From assembly GCA_033763315.1 (NCBI GenBank), contig JANRKS010000001.1, positions 64,001-128,000 of the forward strand: a DNA stretch of 64,000 bases, written 5' to 3'. The notes beneath the pieces are model-generated. The model was not told where the DNA came from, searched no databases, and saw nothing but the letters and a program-made list of their open reading frames with translations. Each line of letters opens with the position of its first letter. Position 1 is the first letter of the stretch. This document shows positions 10,249 through 19,692 of this stretch, piece by piece. The stretch comes from Deltaproteobacteria bacterium. GTDB lineage: Bacteria; Myxococcota_A; Polyangia; Fen-1088. Both the position numbers and the translations under genes were made by a program.

Positions 10249-10926
10249 GTGTCGTCGCGTTTTAGATCGGCCGTTCAAACAGCGTTGGGCGCCTTGGCGG
10301 TGGCCCTGCTGGTGCTTGTCTTGCGGCTGACGTGGGATGCACGCCAGTTCGCCCAGCAAGCCGAAGTGCACGTGCGCGCGGGTGCTTACGTGGAAGCTTG
10401 TGCCTCCTTCATGGACGCGGCCCGGTCGTATTACCCTGGCAACCCTTACGCCAACTTGGCGTTCGCGCGGCTTTTGCAACTGGCGGATGTGCCGGCCGAG
10501 ACACCTGGGGCGGCGACCGCAGAGCTGCCTCGCCGCGCCTTGGAAGCGTTCCGCATGGCGGCCCTGGCGACGCGCTCGGTGTATGTGCCTCACGCCGCAG
10601 AGCTTGTGGTGGTTAACGAGCGGTTGGCGGCCATTTACGCCAAGTGGGAGCAAGAGACGCAAGGCGCTTACCGCCAGCCGGTGCGAGGCACAGCCCTGGC
10701 CGCGCGGCAGGCGTGGCACCTTGAGAAGCTGAAGACGGTGCCGGGGCCGTCGTGGTTGTGGTCGGGAGTTGGCCTACTGGGATTGGGGGTGTCGCTGGCG
10801 GCCATGGCGCTTTTCATCACAAAAGCCCTTTCGCCCACGTTGAAGCTCGAACGTGGTCCCGCTTTAGGCGCCGGCTTGGCCTTCGTCGTGGGTTTTGCGC
10901 TGTTCTTGCTTGGCCTCACCCAGTAG
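10249..10926 (+). CDS. Hypothetical membrane protein with TPR-like helical region
   Basis: N-terminal TM, helical soluble region and two C-terminal TMs. Fills the gap between co-oriented genes. Confidence 0.65.
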   Translation: MSSRFRSAVQTALGALAVALLVLVLRLTWDARQFAQQAEVHVRAGAYVEACASFMDAARSYYPGNPYANLAFARLLQLADVPAETPGAATAELPRRALEAFRMAALATRSVYVPHAAELVVVNERLAAIYAKWEQETQGAYRQPVRGTALAARQAWHLEKLKTVPGPSWLWSGVGLLGLGVSLAAMALFITKALSPTLKLERGPALGAGLAFVVGFALFLLGLTQ

Positions 10927-11037
10927 GTCGCCTGGATTCGTGCGCCGGCTGGGCGCGGTGCCGCCGGAAGCTGCGGACTTGTGATAAAACAAAGGTCCCG
11001 GTTTTCGGAAGTCTTTCGCTACACACACTGCCCTCCC

Positions 11038-12453
11038 ATGGACGTCCGCTGCGAGCGCTGCTCCACTGAATACGAGCTCGACGACGACTCGGTACCCGAT
11101 GCGGGTTGCCCGGTGCAGTGTACGACGTGCGGGCATACGTTTATGGTCACCCGCCAAGGTCTGACCACCAAGGCGCCTTCACCGGCCGTGGAAACCATGC
11201 CGTCGCCGCCGGCGGCCGACTGGTTGCTGGAGACTTCGGACGGGCGATTGCATCGCTTCCGCAACCTGACATCGCTGCAAAAGTGGATCATCGAACGCAA
11301 GGTCACGCGTGAAGATAAGATTTCGCGCACGGGCCAAGCGTGGCGCCGGCTGGGCGAGATTGTTGAACTGGCGCCGTTCTTCGACGTTGTTGATGAAGCC
11401 GATCGAGCCCGCGCCGGGCAAGCCGGCAGCGACGATTTAAAGACTGAGGCACAACGCGCACGCAACCTTGGTTCATCGCGCATGAGTCCCGTGCCGCCCC
11501 GTGGAGTGGCCCATTCTCCAGCCCCTGTGTCGCGGCCAACGCGGCCGCCCACGCCAGAGCGCGACATGATGGCCGTGGACGAGTGGGCCGCGCGTGGCGA
11601 AGACGCTTCGGGCTTCGAGGCCGACAGCGAAACGTCCGTGGTGCCGTTGAGAAGCCGCGGGCCAAAGTTCGTGATCGCGTTCTTGGTGGCGGCTGGTGCG
11701 AGTGCCGCTGCCTTCTTTCTGCTGCAGCCGCGGACGCCCAAAGAGCCGGTGGCCGCCGTGGCGCCAGCGGCTCCCCCTCCCGCTGTTCCAACACCATCGG
11801 CGCCCGCACCCTCTGCCGCCGCGCCCGTGGCCGCTGCACCGACGCCTGCGCCTGCACCGGCGCCTGCGCCCGCCGCTGCGCCCACACCCGCCCCTGCGCC
11901 TGTAACCGCGCCACCCCCACCGGCAGCGGCGCAAGCACCTCCGTCGCCCGTCGCCACGCCCACGCCGGCCGCCGACGATCCGGGCTCTGGATACGAACGC
12001 ATTTTGGCCGACGCTGATCGCTTGCTAGAAAATGGCGGCACTGAGAAAGCCTTCAAGCTTTACGAGAAGGCGCTCAAGATGCGGCCTGACGGAGCGGAGG
12101 CGCTTTCGGGGTTGGGGTACGTGATGCTCGACAAAGACCGGTCCGCGCCGGCGGTGAATTATTTCGAGCGCGCTTTGGCGCAAGCGCCGAGTTACGGGCC
12201 GGCCCTTTATGGCATGGGAGAAGCCTTGCGCGCCAACGGCGACGAGGCCCGCGCGGCGCAGATGTACCGCCGTTATTTACAGGTCAATGGCGGCGGCAGC
12301 GACGCTCCGGCGGCGCGCCGACAGCTGACGATTCTGGAAGAGAAGCTTAAAGCCAAGGCTGAACGTGAAGAGCCCGTCGCGGCTCCCGCGCCTGCCCCTT
12401 CGACCCCACCACCCTCACCGTCTTCGCTGCTCAACGAGCCGGCGACGCCATAA
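11038..12453 (+). CDS. Zinc-ribbon (MJ0042-type) / GYF-like / TM / Pro-Ala linker / TPR protein
   Basis: MDVRCERCSTEY...VQCTTCGHTF, LQKWIIERKVTREDKISRTGQAW, one TM and C-terminal TPRs. Start reassigned to ATG 11038. Confidence 0.85.
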   Translation: MDVRCERCSTEYELDDDSVPDAGCPVQCTTCGHTFMVTRQGLTTKAPSPAVETMPSPPAADWLLETSDGRLHRFRNLTSLQKWIIERKVTREDKISRTGQAWRRLGEIVELAPFFDVVDEADRARAGQAGSDDLKTEAQRARNLGSSRMSPVPPRGVAHSPAPVSRPTRPPTPERDMMAVDEWAARGEDASGFEADSETSVVPLRSRGPKFVIAFLVAAGASAAAFFLLQPRTPKEPVAAVAPAAPPPAVPTPSAPAPSAAAPVAAAPTPAPAPAPAPAAAPTPAPAPVTAPPPPAAAQAPPSPVATPTPAADDPGSGYERILADADRLLENGGTEKAFKLYEKALKMRPDGAEALSGLGYVMLDKDRSAPAVNYFERALAQAPSYGPALYGMGEALRANGDEARAAQMYRRYLQVNGGGSDAPAARRQLTILEEKLKAKAEREEPVAAPAPAPSTPPPSPSSLLNEPATP

Positions 12454-12482
12454 GGGTTTGCTGCCTTCGCGGCGAACGAACG

Positions 12483-13148
12483 GTGGCCATAACGATGACC
12501 GGCTTTACAGAGCCTTCTTTGGGCGTTGACCCATCCGATGTCGAAGGCACCGACGTTCGCCGTTCACCGGCGGGCCCCGTTCGTTGGCTGGTTCTTCTAA
12601 CGATCGCGGTCGGTGTGACAGGTGGAGCGCTGGCGCTTTATCATCGTCCGAGCGGCCGCGGCTTTTGGGCAGGCACCCATCCCGCACGCCTCGGCCTGCA
12701 TGTGCAACTCGAACGCGTTTTGGCATGGGGCCACGCCATTGGTGCAGCGTTGTTGCTGTCGGGCACGGCGATCTGGGTTTACCGCACGTGGCGTCGCGAA
12801 GGGCCTTCGCGATCTTTAGGCGCCATGGGGTGGGCTGTGATCGCGCTGGCCGCTACAATCACTTCCCTCCTGGTTCCGTGGAAAACCTTCCTGCCTTGGT
12901 CTGACGTGGCCACGGTGAGCGATCTCGAACCAGCCCGCTTGAGCGACGGCGAAGGTCCATTTCCGGAACTGACGGCGGTTCGTGCACACTACCCTGTCGG
13001 AGCGGCGGATCCAGCGTGGCCCCAGAGCCTGCGAAGCCGGCGCGCGAGTGTGCTCGCTTGGGTGCACGTGCTGATAGGGCCGTTAGGCGCGTTGGCTGCT
13101 TTGTTCGTTCGCCGCGTCAGTCGCGTGCGCTACAGCAAAGACACCTAG
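12483..13148 (+). CDS. Divergent cytochrome b N-terminal-like membrane protein
   Basis: Four TMs with cytochrome b landmarks in order: TGGALALYHRP, WGHAIGA, TSLLVPW, WVHVLIGP. Confidence 0.55.
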   Translation: MAITMTGFTEPSLGVDPSDVEGTDVRRSPAGPVRWLVLLTIAVGVTGGALALYHRPSGRGFWAGTHPARLGLHVQLERVLAWGHAIGAALLLSGTAIWVYRTWRREGPSRSLGAMGWAVIALAATITSLLVPWKTFLPWSDVATVSDLEPARLSDGEGPFPELTAVRAHYPVGAADPAWPQSLRSRRASVLAWVHVLIGPLGALAALFVRRVSRVRYSKDT

Positions 13149-14132
13149 GGCCATTGCCATAAGGCCGACCAAAGACGCGCACATCAAAGCAGGGCTGTGC
13201 AATTGGTGCCCACCGGCCGTTACCAGTGCCAGACCGTAACCGCACAGACGCCACTCGCCTTGCGATCCAAGCAACAACACCAGCGCAAACAATGTGGATC
13301 CTGCGGTGATGGCGAAAGCGCTGGCATAAAGCCGGCCCCCCGCATCGGTGAACGCGGGCAGCTCAAGGTTGAGTCCCGACGAAGCCAGCGTTTGCGTTAG
13401 ATCGAAACGTGTCATCAGCAAGGCGAAGACGGCCGCGGTGCCTAACACACCGGCCGCTGCGGCCACAGCGAACGCGCCTCGTCGCCGTCGCGTTGCAGGC
13501 GGGCACAACAGGAAGCCTGCACCTATGCCTGCGGCCAACCCGAGCCATGCGCCCACGCGGTTCAAAACCGCCGCAAATGACGAAGCCTCGAACGATCCCG
13601 TGCGATCGATGACGCTGGCCGCGGCGCAAAGAATGCCTGGCAGGGCGAATAGGGTCACGCCAACGATTGGGCGCAGCGCGCGTGGTTGCGTGTGCTTTTT
13701 GAAGAGCGGCCGCAGCAGCCCTGACACGACGAACGCGGCCAGGAAGCTGTATGAGATCTTGATGTAAAGCGTGAAGCGTTCAGCCACGGGACCGATCATG
13801 GCGCGGCTCGATAGCAACACGAAGAGCGCGGCAATGAATACGAGGCTGATCTGCATGGGCCGCGGAAAAATCCGCTGCCGCAGCGTTGGGCGTGCCAACG
13901 CGGACACCAACAGCGCCAAAGACAACACGCCCGCCAGGTGGCCAAAGTACCCGCCCAGAGCCATCAACGCATTGTTGAGGCCGTTCGAAAGACTGCCAGA
14001 CGGCAACAGCAGACGCGCCGTCGTGCGGCCCCAAAGCAGATCACACAGGGCCACCACCGCGGTGGCGGCCGTGAGGTTAAAAGCGGGCCAGCGGCTGGCG
14101 TTGGAAACGGAAGGCGGCACAGCCCCCAGCAT
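13083..14132 (-). CDS. Hypothetical polytopic membrane protein
   Basis: 349 aa with about 10 hydrophobic segments. Its 3' end overlaps the convergent gene. Confidence 0.7.
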   Translation of the reverse strand: MLGAVPPSVSNASRWPAFNLTAATAVVALCDLLWGRTTARLLLPSGSLSNGLNNALMALGGYFGHLAGVLSLALLVSALARPTLRQRIFPRPMQISLVFIAALFVLLSSRAMIGPVAERFTLYIKISYSFLAAFVVSGLLRPLFKKHTQPRALRPIVGVTLFALPGILCAAASVIDRTGSFEASSFAAVLNRVGAWLGLAAGIGAGFLLCPPATRRRRGAFAVAAAAGVLGTAAVFALLMTRFDLTQTLASSGLNLELPAFTDAGGRLYASAFAITAGSTLFALVLLLGSQGEWRLCGYGLALVTAGGHQLHSPALMCASLVGLMAMALGVFAVAHATDAANEQSSQRA

Positions 14133-14238
14133 ACTCTGGATGTGAGGACGCTGCGTACAGCGCTGACAAATTGCTTTTCCGTGTGGCCTTCACGCGAGTG
14201 GCTTAGGGTTTTTGTGCGAGCGTTGTTATGCTGTGGAT

Positions 14239-14997
14239 GTGTGGGCGGCTTTGTTATTGGCATCCATTGTGGCGGCCCCGCAGGCAGGCGGCGGTTTCGT
14301 TCTCGCGTTGGACGCGGGACACGGCGGCACCAATCTAGGCGCCGCGGGTGTGGCGCCGGGGTTCTACGAGAAGCGCATCACCTTGGACATCGCCCGGCGT
14401 GTGAAGAAGCGTTTGTCGCGGCACAAAGGCATAACGGTGGTGCTATGCCGTGACAAAGACGAGTTGATGCCGATCCGCGCACGCGTGCGGTGTGCGAATG
14501 ACAGCCACGCCGATCTATTTTTGAGCCTGCACACCAACGCCTCGCCTGACGGCGCCTCACGGGGCACGCAGATCGGCTTTGAGCAGTACGTGCTGCCGGT
14601 GGACAACGCCGATCGCGAAGCGGCGTTGGCTGCGGCGCAGGCGCCGGATGCGGTGCAAGCGGCGTGGGAAGCCCACCGCGTGCACTTGATGGTGGAGGCC
14701 AGCCTAGAAGCGGCCAAACGGGTTCAGCTTGAACTGGCCGACGCGTTGGGTACGGAGCGCGACCGCGGCGTCAAGCAGCTGGGCGCGTCCTTGGATGTGC
14801 TGGCGGGCTTGCAGATGCCCGGCATCCTGATTGAGGTGGGCTTCATCGATCACCCTGACGAGGGCAAAGAGCTGGTGAGCGAGGATGGCCAAGAACGGAT
14901 CGCCGCGGCGTTGGCGCGGGCCGTCTCCGATCTGGCCGCGCGTGCCAAACGAGCGCATACGGATCCGAACATCACCGGACGCGCTAAAGGCCGCTAG
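14239..14997 (+). CDS. N-acetylmuramoyl-L-alanine amidase (Amidase_3)
   Basis: LDAGHGG, EK..TL, FLSLHTNA, PGILIEVGFI. Start placed at GTG 14239, 6 nt after TATGCT. The ORF track starts at 14212. Confidence 0.92.
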   Translation: MWAALLLASIVAAPQAGGGFVLALDAGHGGTNLGAAGVAPGFYEKRITLDIARRVKKRLSRHKGITVVLCRDKDELMPIRARVRCANDSHADLFLSLHTNASPDGASRGTQIGFEQYVLPVDNADREAALAAAQAPDAVQAAWEAHRVHLMVEASLEAAKRVQLELADALGTERDRGVKQLGASLDVLAGLQMPGILIEVGFIDHPDEGKELVSEDGQERIAAALARAVSDLAARAKRAHTDPNITGRAKGR

Positions 14998-15493
14998 GGC
15001 CGGCGCGTTTCGTCCGCAAAGCCGCGAAGAACGTTTTGAGCCGTGCGGCGCATTCGTCGGCCAAAACGCCGGCCGTGACTTCCACGCGGTGGTTAAAGCG
15101 TGCGTCTTGCAACAACTGGTAAAGCGATCGAACGGCGCCCGCTTTGGGATCATCGCAGCCATAGATCACGCGTTTGATGCGAGCGTTGATCATGGCGCCT
15201 GCGCACATGGGGCACGGCTCAAGCGTGACGAACACTTCGGCGTCACACAGACGCCAATGCCCAAGCGCTTGCGCGGCCCTTCTTATCGCCAGAAGCTCGG
15301 CGTGCGCGGTGGGATCGTGGCCGGCTTCGCGTTCGTTGAAGCCCACGCCCACCACGCTGCCGTTCAAGACAACCACCGCACCCACAGGCACCTCGCCTTG
15401 CGCTTCGGCTAGGGCGGCCGCTTGCAAGGCAAGTTGCATATAGTGAACGTCAACGGATGATGAATCGTTCACGCTGGGTTGCGGGGTCTTCAC
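14984..15493 (-). CDS. tadA: tRNA adenosine(34) deaminase
   Basis: GEVPVGAV, DPTAHAE, TLEPCPMCAGA, DPKAGA, NH. Confidence 0.95.
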   Translation of the reverse strand: MKTPQPSVNDSSSVDVHYMQLALQAAALAEAQGEVPVGAVVVLNGSVVGVGFNEREAGHDPTAHAELLAIRRAAQALGHWRLCDAEVFVTLEPCPMCAGAMINARIKRVIYGCDDPKAGAVRSLYQLLQDARFNHRVEVTAGVLADECAARLKTFFAALRTKRAGPSGL

Positions 15494-18400
15494 GGCTTCA
15501 CGGCAAACTGATAAACGCCTGCGCCCACTTCAACCACGGTTTCGTTCGCTTGCTTTTCCAGCAACCTAACGCCCGGGCTTTGCGCCAACGGTCGGCCGCC
15601 TTCAGTGATCTTGTCGGCGTCGGCGCTTGGAATGTGAACCTCGGCAAGGGCGTGCACGGGGACCTCCACATCCATTGTCAGCCCTTTGGCGGTTTTCATC
15701 CACGCCGAAGCGATGTCGCCACGCACCGAATGGTACCGTGCGCGCACAAACTTCAGATCGCCGCCGGGACGCGGCCGCAACACGAAACGTGCATAACCAG
15801 GGCTGTTCGGCGCGCCTTGCAGCCCCGCCAATTGGCTGTACATCCACTCGCCCACGGCGCCGAACGCATAATGATTGTAGGAGTTCATACCGCCCACGTC
15901 GCGCGGCCCCTCTTCAGGCGTGTAGCTGTTCCACCGTTCCCACATCGTGGTGGCACCGTTGTTCACGGTGTAAAGCCACGACGGGTATGTCTCGGTCACC
16001 AGCAACTTATAGGCCGCATCTTCTTGGTCAGCCATCGACAGCGCTGGCAACAAATGCGCGGTGCCAAGGAACCCCGTGTTCAAGTGGCCGTTGGCGCGAT
16101 CGATCGCCGCCATCAAGTGCTTCGCCGCCAGCGGCCGTTTGTCTTGCGGCAAAATGTTGAAGCGCAAAGCGATGATGTAAGCCGTTTGCGTGTCAGACGT
16201 GATCTTACCGTCGGTGGCCACGTGTGCTTTGTTGAAGGCCTGCTTGATGTTCTCAAACAACGCCTTATACGCACGCGCGTCCTCTGTTTTGCCAAGCGCT
16301 TCGGCCATCTGAGACAGCAGGTTGGCCGCATGCGCGTGGTAAAGCGGGCTCAACACTTTGTTTGGCGTTTGCGGCGGCGGTGACACCCAGTCGCCGAAGC
16401 TCCAGCTTTCGTTCAAAAACCCCTTGGCTTTGCTGGTGCGAAAGTCCACCCACTTCTTCATCGCTTCATAGTGCCGCTGCATCGGCGCGCGATCGTTGTA
16501 AACTTGGAACATCAAATAGGGCAGGAACACCATGGCGTCGCCCCACGCAAAGTTGCCTGCTCCTAGTTGCGGTGTGGTGGGGGCCACATCGGGCACAGCG
16601 CCATCGGGACGCTGTCCGTCTTGCAACGCCACCAGATAGTTTTCGATGAAGTTCGCCGTGTCCATGTTAAAGGCCGCGGTGGGCGCGAACGCAACGATGT
16701 CGCCCGTCCAGCCGAGACGCTCATCACGTTGCGGGCAGTCGGTGGGGATGCTGAGAAAATTGCCCTTTTGCCCCCATAAAATGTTGCTTTGCAACTGGTT
16801 CAGTTTTTGATTTGAGGTGGTGAAGGTCCCAGCGCGAGGCAGATCTGTGTGCCACACCAGACCCACGATGTTGGTGATGGGCAGCGGCTTCGGCACGCCT
16901 CGCACTTCCACATAACGGAAGCCATGGAAGGTGAACTTTGGTTGAAACACTTCTTGAACGCGGCCACCCGCGATGTATTCGTCAATCACCCGTGCCGTGC
17001 GCAAGTTGTCGGTGAACAACTTGCCGTTCTTATCCAACATCTCACCGTAACGAATGGTCACCTTTGTCCCACGCGGCGCCACGAACCGCAGCCGAATCAC
17101 CCCCACCATGTTCTGCCCCAAATCGAAAATTTGAACGCCTGGATCCGGGGACGTCACAGCGCGCGCGCGAACCACTTGAATTTCCTTTACGGGTGGCGCG
17201 GTGGCGGCCTCGATGCGGGGGATGTTGATGGGCGGCACAAACACCGCGCGCCACTTCTGATCGTCAAAGGTGGCCGTGTTCCAGTTGGGGGTGTCGAGGC
17301 GCATGTCTTGCTGCTCGCCATCAAGCAAATCGCTGCTGCGGATGGCGCCCGTGTTGCCTCGCCACGATCCATCGGTGGCGATCACATCCTCGGTGCCGTC
17401 GGCGTACGTTAAATACAGCTGCGCGCGCAGGGCCTTTTCAAACCCCCACAGATGTTGTCCCATGCCGGTGCGGCCCGCGTACCAGCCGTCGGCCAGCATC
17501 GCGGCAATTGCGTTGGTTCCGTGGTGAATGAGTTTGGTGACGTCATAGGTTTGGTAGAGCACACGCTGGGTGTAATCAGTCCAGCCCGGTGCCAACACAT
17601 CGGGGCCCACAGCAAAGCCATTAATTGTCATTTCGTAGACGCCCGCGGCGGTGGCGTAGAGGCGGGCCTTCGTCACCGTCTTGCCTACCGCAAACGTTTT
17701 ACGCAGCTGCGCCACGGGGAGCAGGTGATCGATGCCGGCCTTGGCGGGATCCTTGGCATCCGTGAGCTCACCGAACACGCCTAACTCTTGGCTGGGCACA
17801 TACGGCGCCTTCTCGGGGGCATCCTCCCGCCACTTTTCGGGAAGCGCGATTGCCTCTGCTGTGCGTGCCACCCAAGATCGATCCGTTTGGATGAACCGCA
17901 CACGACCATCTGCCAGTTCAAGCCGCAAGCTTGCAATGACGCTCTTGCCGGCGAAGTAAGGTGATTCGATCCAGATCTGGTTGTCGCCGGTCGTAAGCAA
18001 CGCTGTGACTGTGAAGCGCCGTGGATCGCCCACGTCCGCAGCGAAGGCACGCAAAGTGGTGCCATTGATGTGAATCTTGTGTTCAACGCCTGGGTCCCAG
18101 GGGCGACCGTTGCCTGGTCCCGCAAAGAACAGATCGGCGGCCACAACTTTGTCGGTGGCAGGCAAAGTGAAGCGCTTGGTGAAGCCCACGCGTTTGGTTT
18201 TCGCCGACACGGACAACGCCGCCGGTGCCACCCAGCGTGCACCTACGAGCGGGCGGCGTTCGCTGTCGTTGGCGGGACGCAGGCCAATCCATTGCCCCTT
18301 CCAAGCCGCTGGCTGCGCGTTCATCAAGCCGGTTTCGAACCAGATCGGGGTCGAGGCGGTGACGCCGTTGCGCTCGTCCCACAATTTCACCTGCACGAAG

Positions 18401-18729
18401 TAACGCGTGCGTGGCAACAACGCTGGACCCGCGTACGGCACGAGCACGTTCTCGGCGGAGTCCACTTTGCCCGAATCCCATACATTGGGTTGCCCGCTGC
18501 GCAGCAGGTTTGCGTCGGTCGATACAACGATCTGATAGGCCGTTTGCCGAGCGCCCCGTACAGGGGACGTGGCGATCCACGAAAAGCGCGGGGCTGCGGC
18601 GTCGATGCCCAACGGCATCACACGCTGTTCCACCATCACTTCGGGCACCTTCAAGGCGGCTCTAGCGGAGGTTTGCGTTACGAGAGCGCCAAGGGCGCAC
18701 AAAGTGTAAAGGCTGAATCGGTAAGACAT
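15490..18729 (-). CDS. Alpha-L-rhamnosidase (GH78), secreted
   Basis: PTDCPQRDERLGWTGD, GATTMWERW, SYNHYAFGAV and a signal peptide. GGAGG SD lies before ATG 18729. Confidence 0.93.
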   Translation of the reverse strand: MSYRFSLYTLCALGALVTQTSARAALKVPEVMVEQRVMPLGIDAAAPRFSWIATSPVRGARQTAYQIVVSTDANLLRSGQPNVWDSGKVDSAENVLVPYAGPALLPRTRYFVQVKLWDERNGVTASTPIWFETGLMNAQPAAWKGQWIGLRPANDSERRPLVGARWVAPAALSVSAKTKRVGFTKRFTLPATDKVVAADLFFAGPGNGRPWDPGVEHKIHINGTTLRAFAADVGDPRRFTVTALLTTGDNQIWIESPYFAGKSVIASLRLELADGRVRFIQTDRSWVARTAEAIALPEKWREDAPEKAPYVPSQELGVFGELTDAKDPAKAGIDHLLPVAQLRKTFAVGKTVTKARLYATAAGVYEMTINGFAVGPDVLAPGWTDYTQRVLYQTYDVTKLIHHGTNAIAAMLADGWYAGRTGMGQHLWGFEKALRAQLYLTYADGTEDVIATDGSWRGNTGAIRSSDLLDGEQQDMRLDTPNWNTATFDDQKWRAVFVPPINIPRIEAATAPPVKEIQVVRARAVTSPDPGVQIFDLGQNMVGVIRLRFVAPRGTKVTIRYGEMLDKNGKLFTDNLRTARVIDEYIAGGRVQEVFQPKFTFHGFRYVEVRGVPKPLPITNIVGLVWHTDLPRAGTFTTSNQKLNQLQSNILWGQKGNFLSIPTDCPQRDERLGWTGDIVAFAPTAAFNMDTANFIENYLVALQDGQRPDGAVPDVAPTTPQLGAGNFAWGDAMVFLPYLMFQVYNDRAPMQRHYEAMKKWVDFRTSKAKGFLNESWSFGDWVSPPPQTPNKVLSPLYHAHAANLLSQMAEALGKTEDARAYKALFENIKQAFNKAHVATDGKITSDTQTAYIIALRFNILPQDKRPLAAKHLMAAIDRANGHLNTGFLGTAHLLPALSMADQEDAAYKLLVTETYPSWLYTVNNGATTMWERWNSYTPEEGPRDVGGMNSYNHYAFGAVGEWMYSQLAGLQGAPNSPGYARFVLRPRPGGDLKFVRARYHSVRGDIASAWMKTAKGLTMDVEVPVHALAEVHIPSADADKITEGGRPLAQSPGVRLLEKQANETVVEVGAGVYQFAVKP

Positions 18730-18783
18730 GGAACCTCCGAAAACGCGCATGATAAGCCACCATGCAGGTGTAAACTAGGGGGC

Positions 18784-19692
18784 GTGGCCTCCCTCACAGA
18801 CGAGCAGCTTTCGTTCTCCCGTTTCGTTCAGGCGCAAAAACGTTCCGCTGATGCCCGCGCCCGCGAGGGAGCTGCGTATGCGTATGGCCCTGAACTGCGC
18901 ACACGTCAACGGTTAGGGCGCGTTCGTCCGGTGATGATGGCGTTGGACGTAGGCCTGTCCGACTTTGACAAGCGCGGCCGCGCGCGGCTGCTCGAAGGCT
19001 CGATCGAAGTGGGCAACGGAGAGGGGGGACGGTTCCCCGTGGTTGCCAAACCGCTGTCTGTGGCGGCGGCGGCGTTGGGCGTGCCTGTGCCGCGCGCCTA
19101 TGTTTCGCCAAGCGTTGGTGTTCACGAGGCTTGTGTGTTTGGCACGGAAGATGAGCCGCTCGTGGTGTTGCCCGCCGTGTTCGTGGATCATTTTTCACCC
19201 GCGGAATTGCAATGCACGTTGGCCTGCGCGCTCGGACGCATTCACAATGGGCACGCGCCCTGGCTTACGGCTTTGTGGGTGCTGCAAACCGACGCACCGG
19301 TGGCGTTGCGTTGGGCCGCCACCCCGGCGTCCGCGTTGCTGGGCGCGTGGGCCCAAGGCGCGAACATCACAGCGGATCGAGCCAGCCTTTTGGTGACGCG
19401 CAACTTCGTGGCGGCAACGTCGGCGTTGGCCAAGCGCTTGGGGGGCGGGCGCCGCTTGCTGGCCGACATTCGCACCGAATCAGCGCTCACACACTTGGAC
19501 GCGCCCTTTCCCCACCCCGAAATCGGTTTGGAGCCCGGCGAATGGCACACCTGGCGAACGCGCGTCAAAGCCATGGAGTTGTTTCGTCACACGGCGTTCT
19601 TTGCGGGCGGTGCCGGTGAAGCCGCAGGCCCCGCCAGCTTGACGATGGCCCAATGCAACGATCAAGTCTCGACGCTGCTAGGAGCGCTATGA
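18784..19692 (+). CDS. M48-family peptidase homolog lacking the HExxH motif
   Basis: M48 landmarks P..YV, EL...LACALGRIHNGH (in place of HELGH) and ITADRA. Start reassigned to GTG 18784. Confidence 0.7.
   Translation: MASLTDEQLSFSRFVQAQKRSADARAREGAAYAYGPELRTRQRLGRVRPVMMALDVGLSDFDKRGRARLLEGSIEVGNGEGGRFPVVAKPLSVAAAALGVPVPRAYVSPSVGVHEACVFGTEDEPLVVLPAVFVDHFSPAELQCTLACALGRIHNGHAPWLTALWVLQTDAPVALRWAATPASALLGAWAQGANITADRASLLVTRNFVAATSALAKRLGGGRRLLADIRTESALTHLDAPFPHPEIGLEPGEWHTWRTRVKAMELFRHTAFFAGGAGEAAGPASLTMAQCNDQVSTLLGAL

Noticed and set aside
11758-11970. Repetitive GCGCCT/GCACCG tract as a possible repeat array or CRISPR
   Set aside because: It is explained by Pro-Ala codons within a CDS and has no repeat-spacer structure.
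11019-12056. 345-aa Gly/Ala-rich ORF on the minus strand
   Set aside because: It is the antisense shadow of the Pro/Ala linker in the zinc-ribbon-TPR gene and has no independent motifs.
15457-16383. 308-aa plus-strand ORF
   Set aside because: It lies antisense to the conserved GH78 catalytic domain, which is typical of high-GC shadow ORFs.
18070-18783. N-terminal extension of the 540-aa ORF
   Set aside because: It overlaps the GH78 gene on the opposite strand. M48-like sequence begins only at GTG 18784, after a -10-like box.
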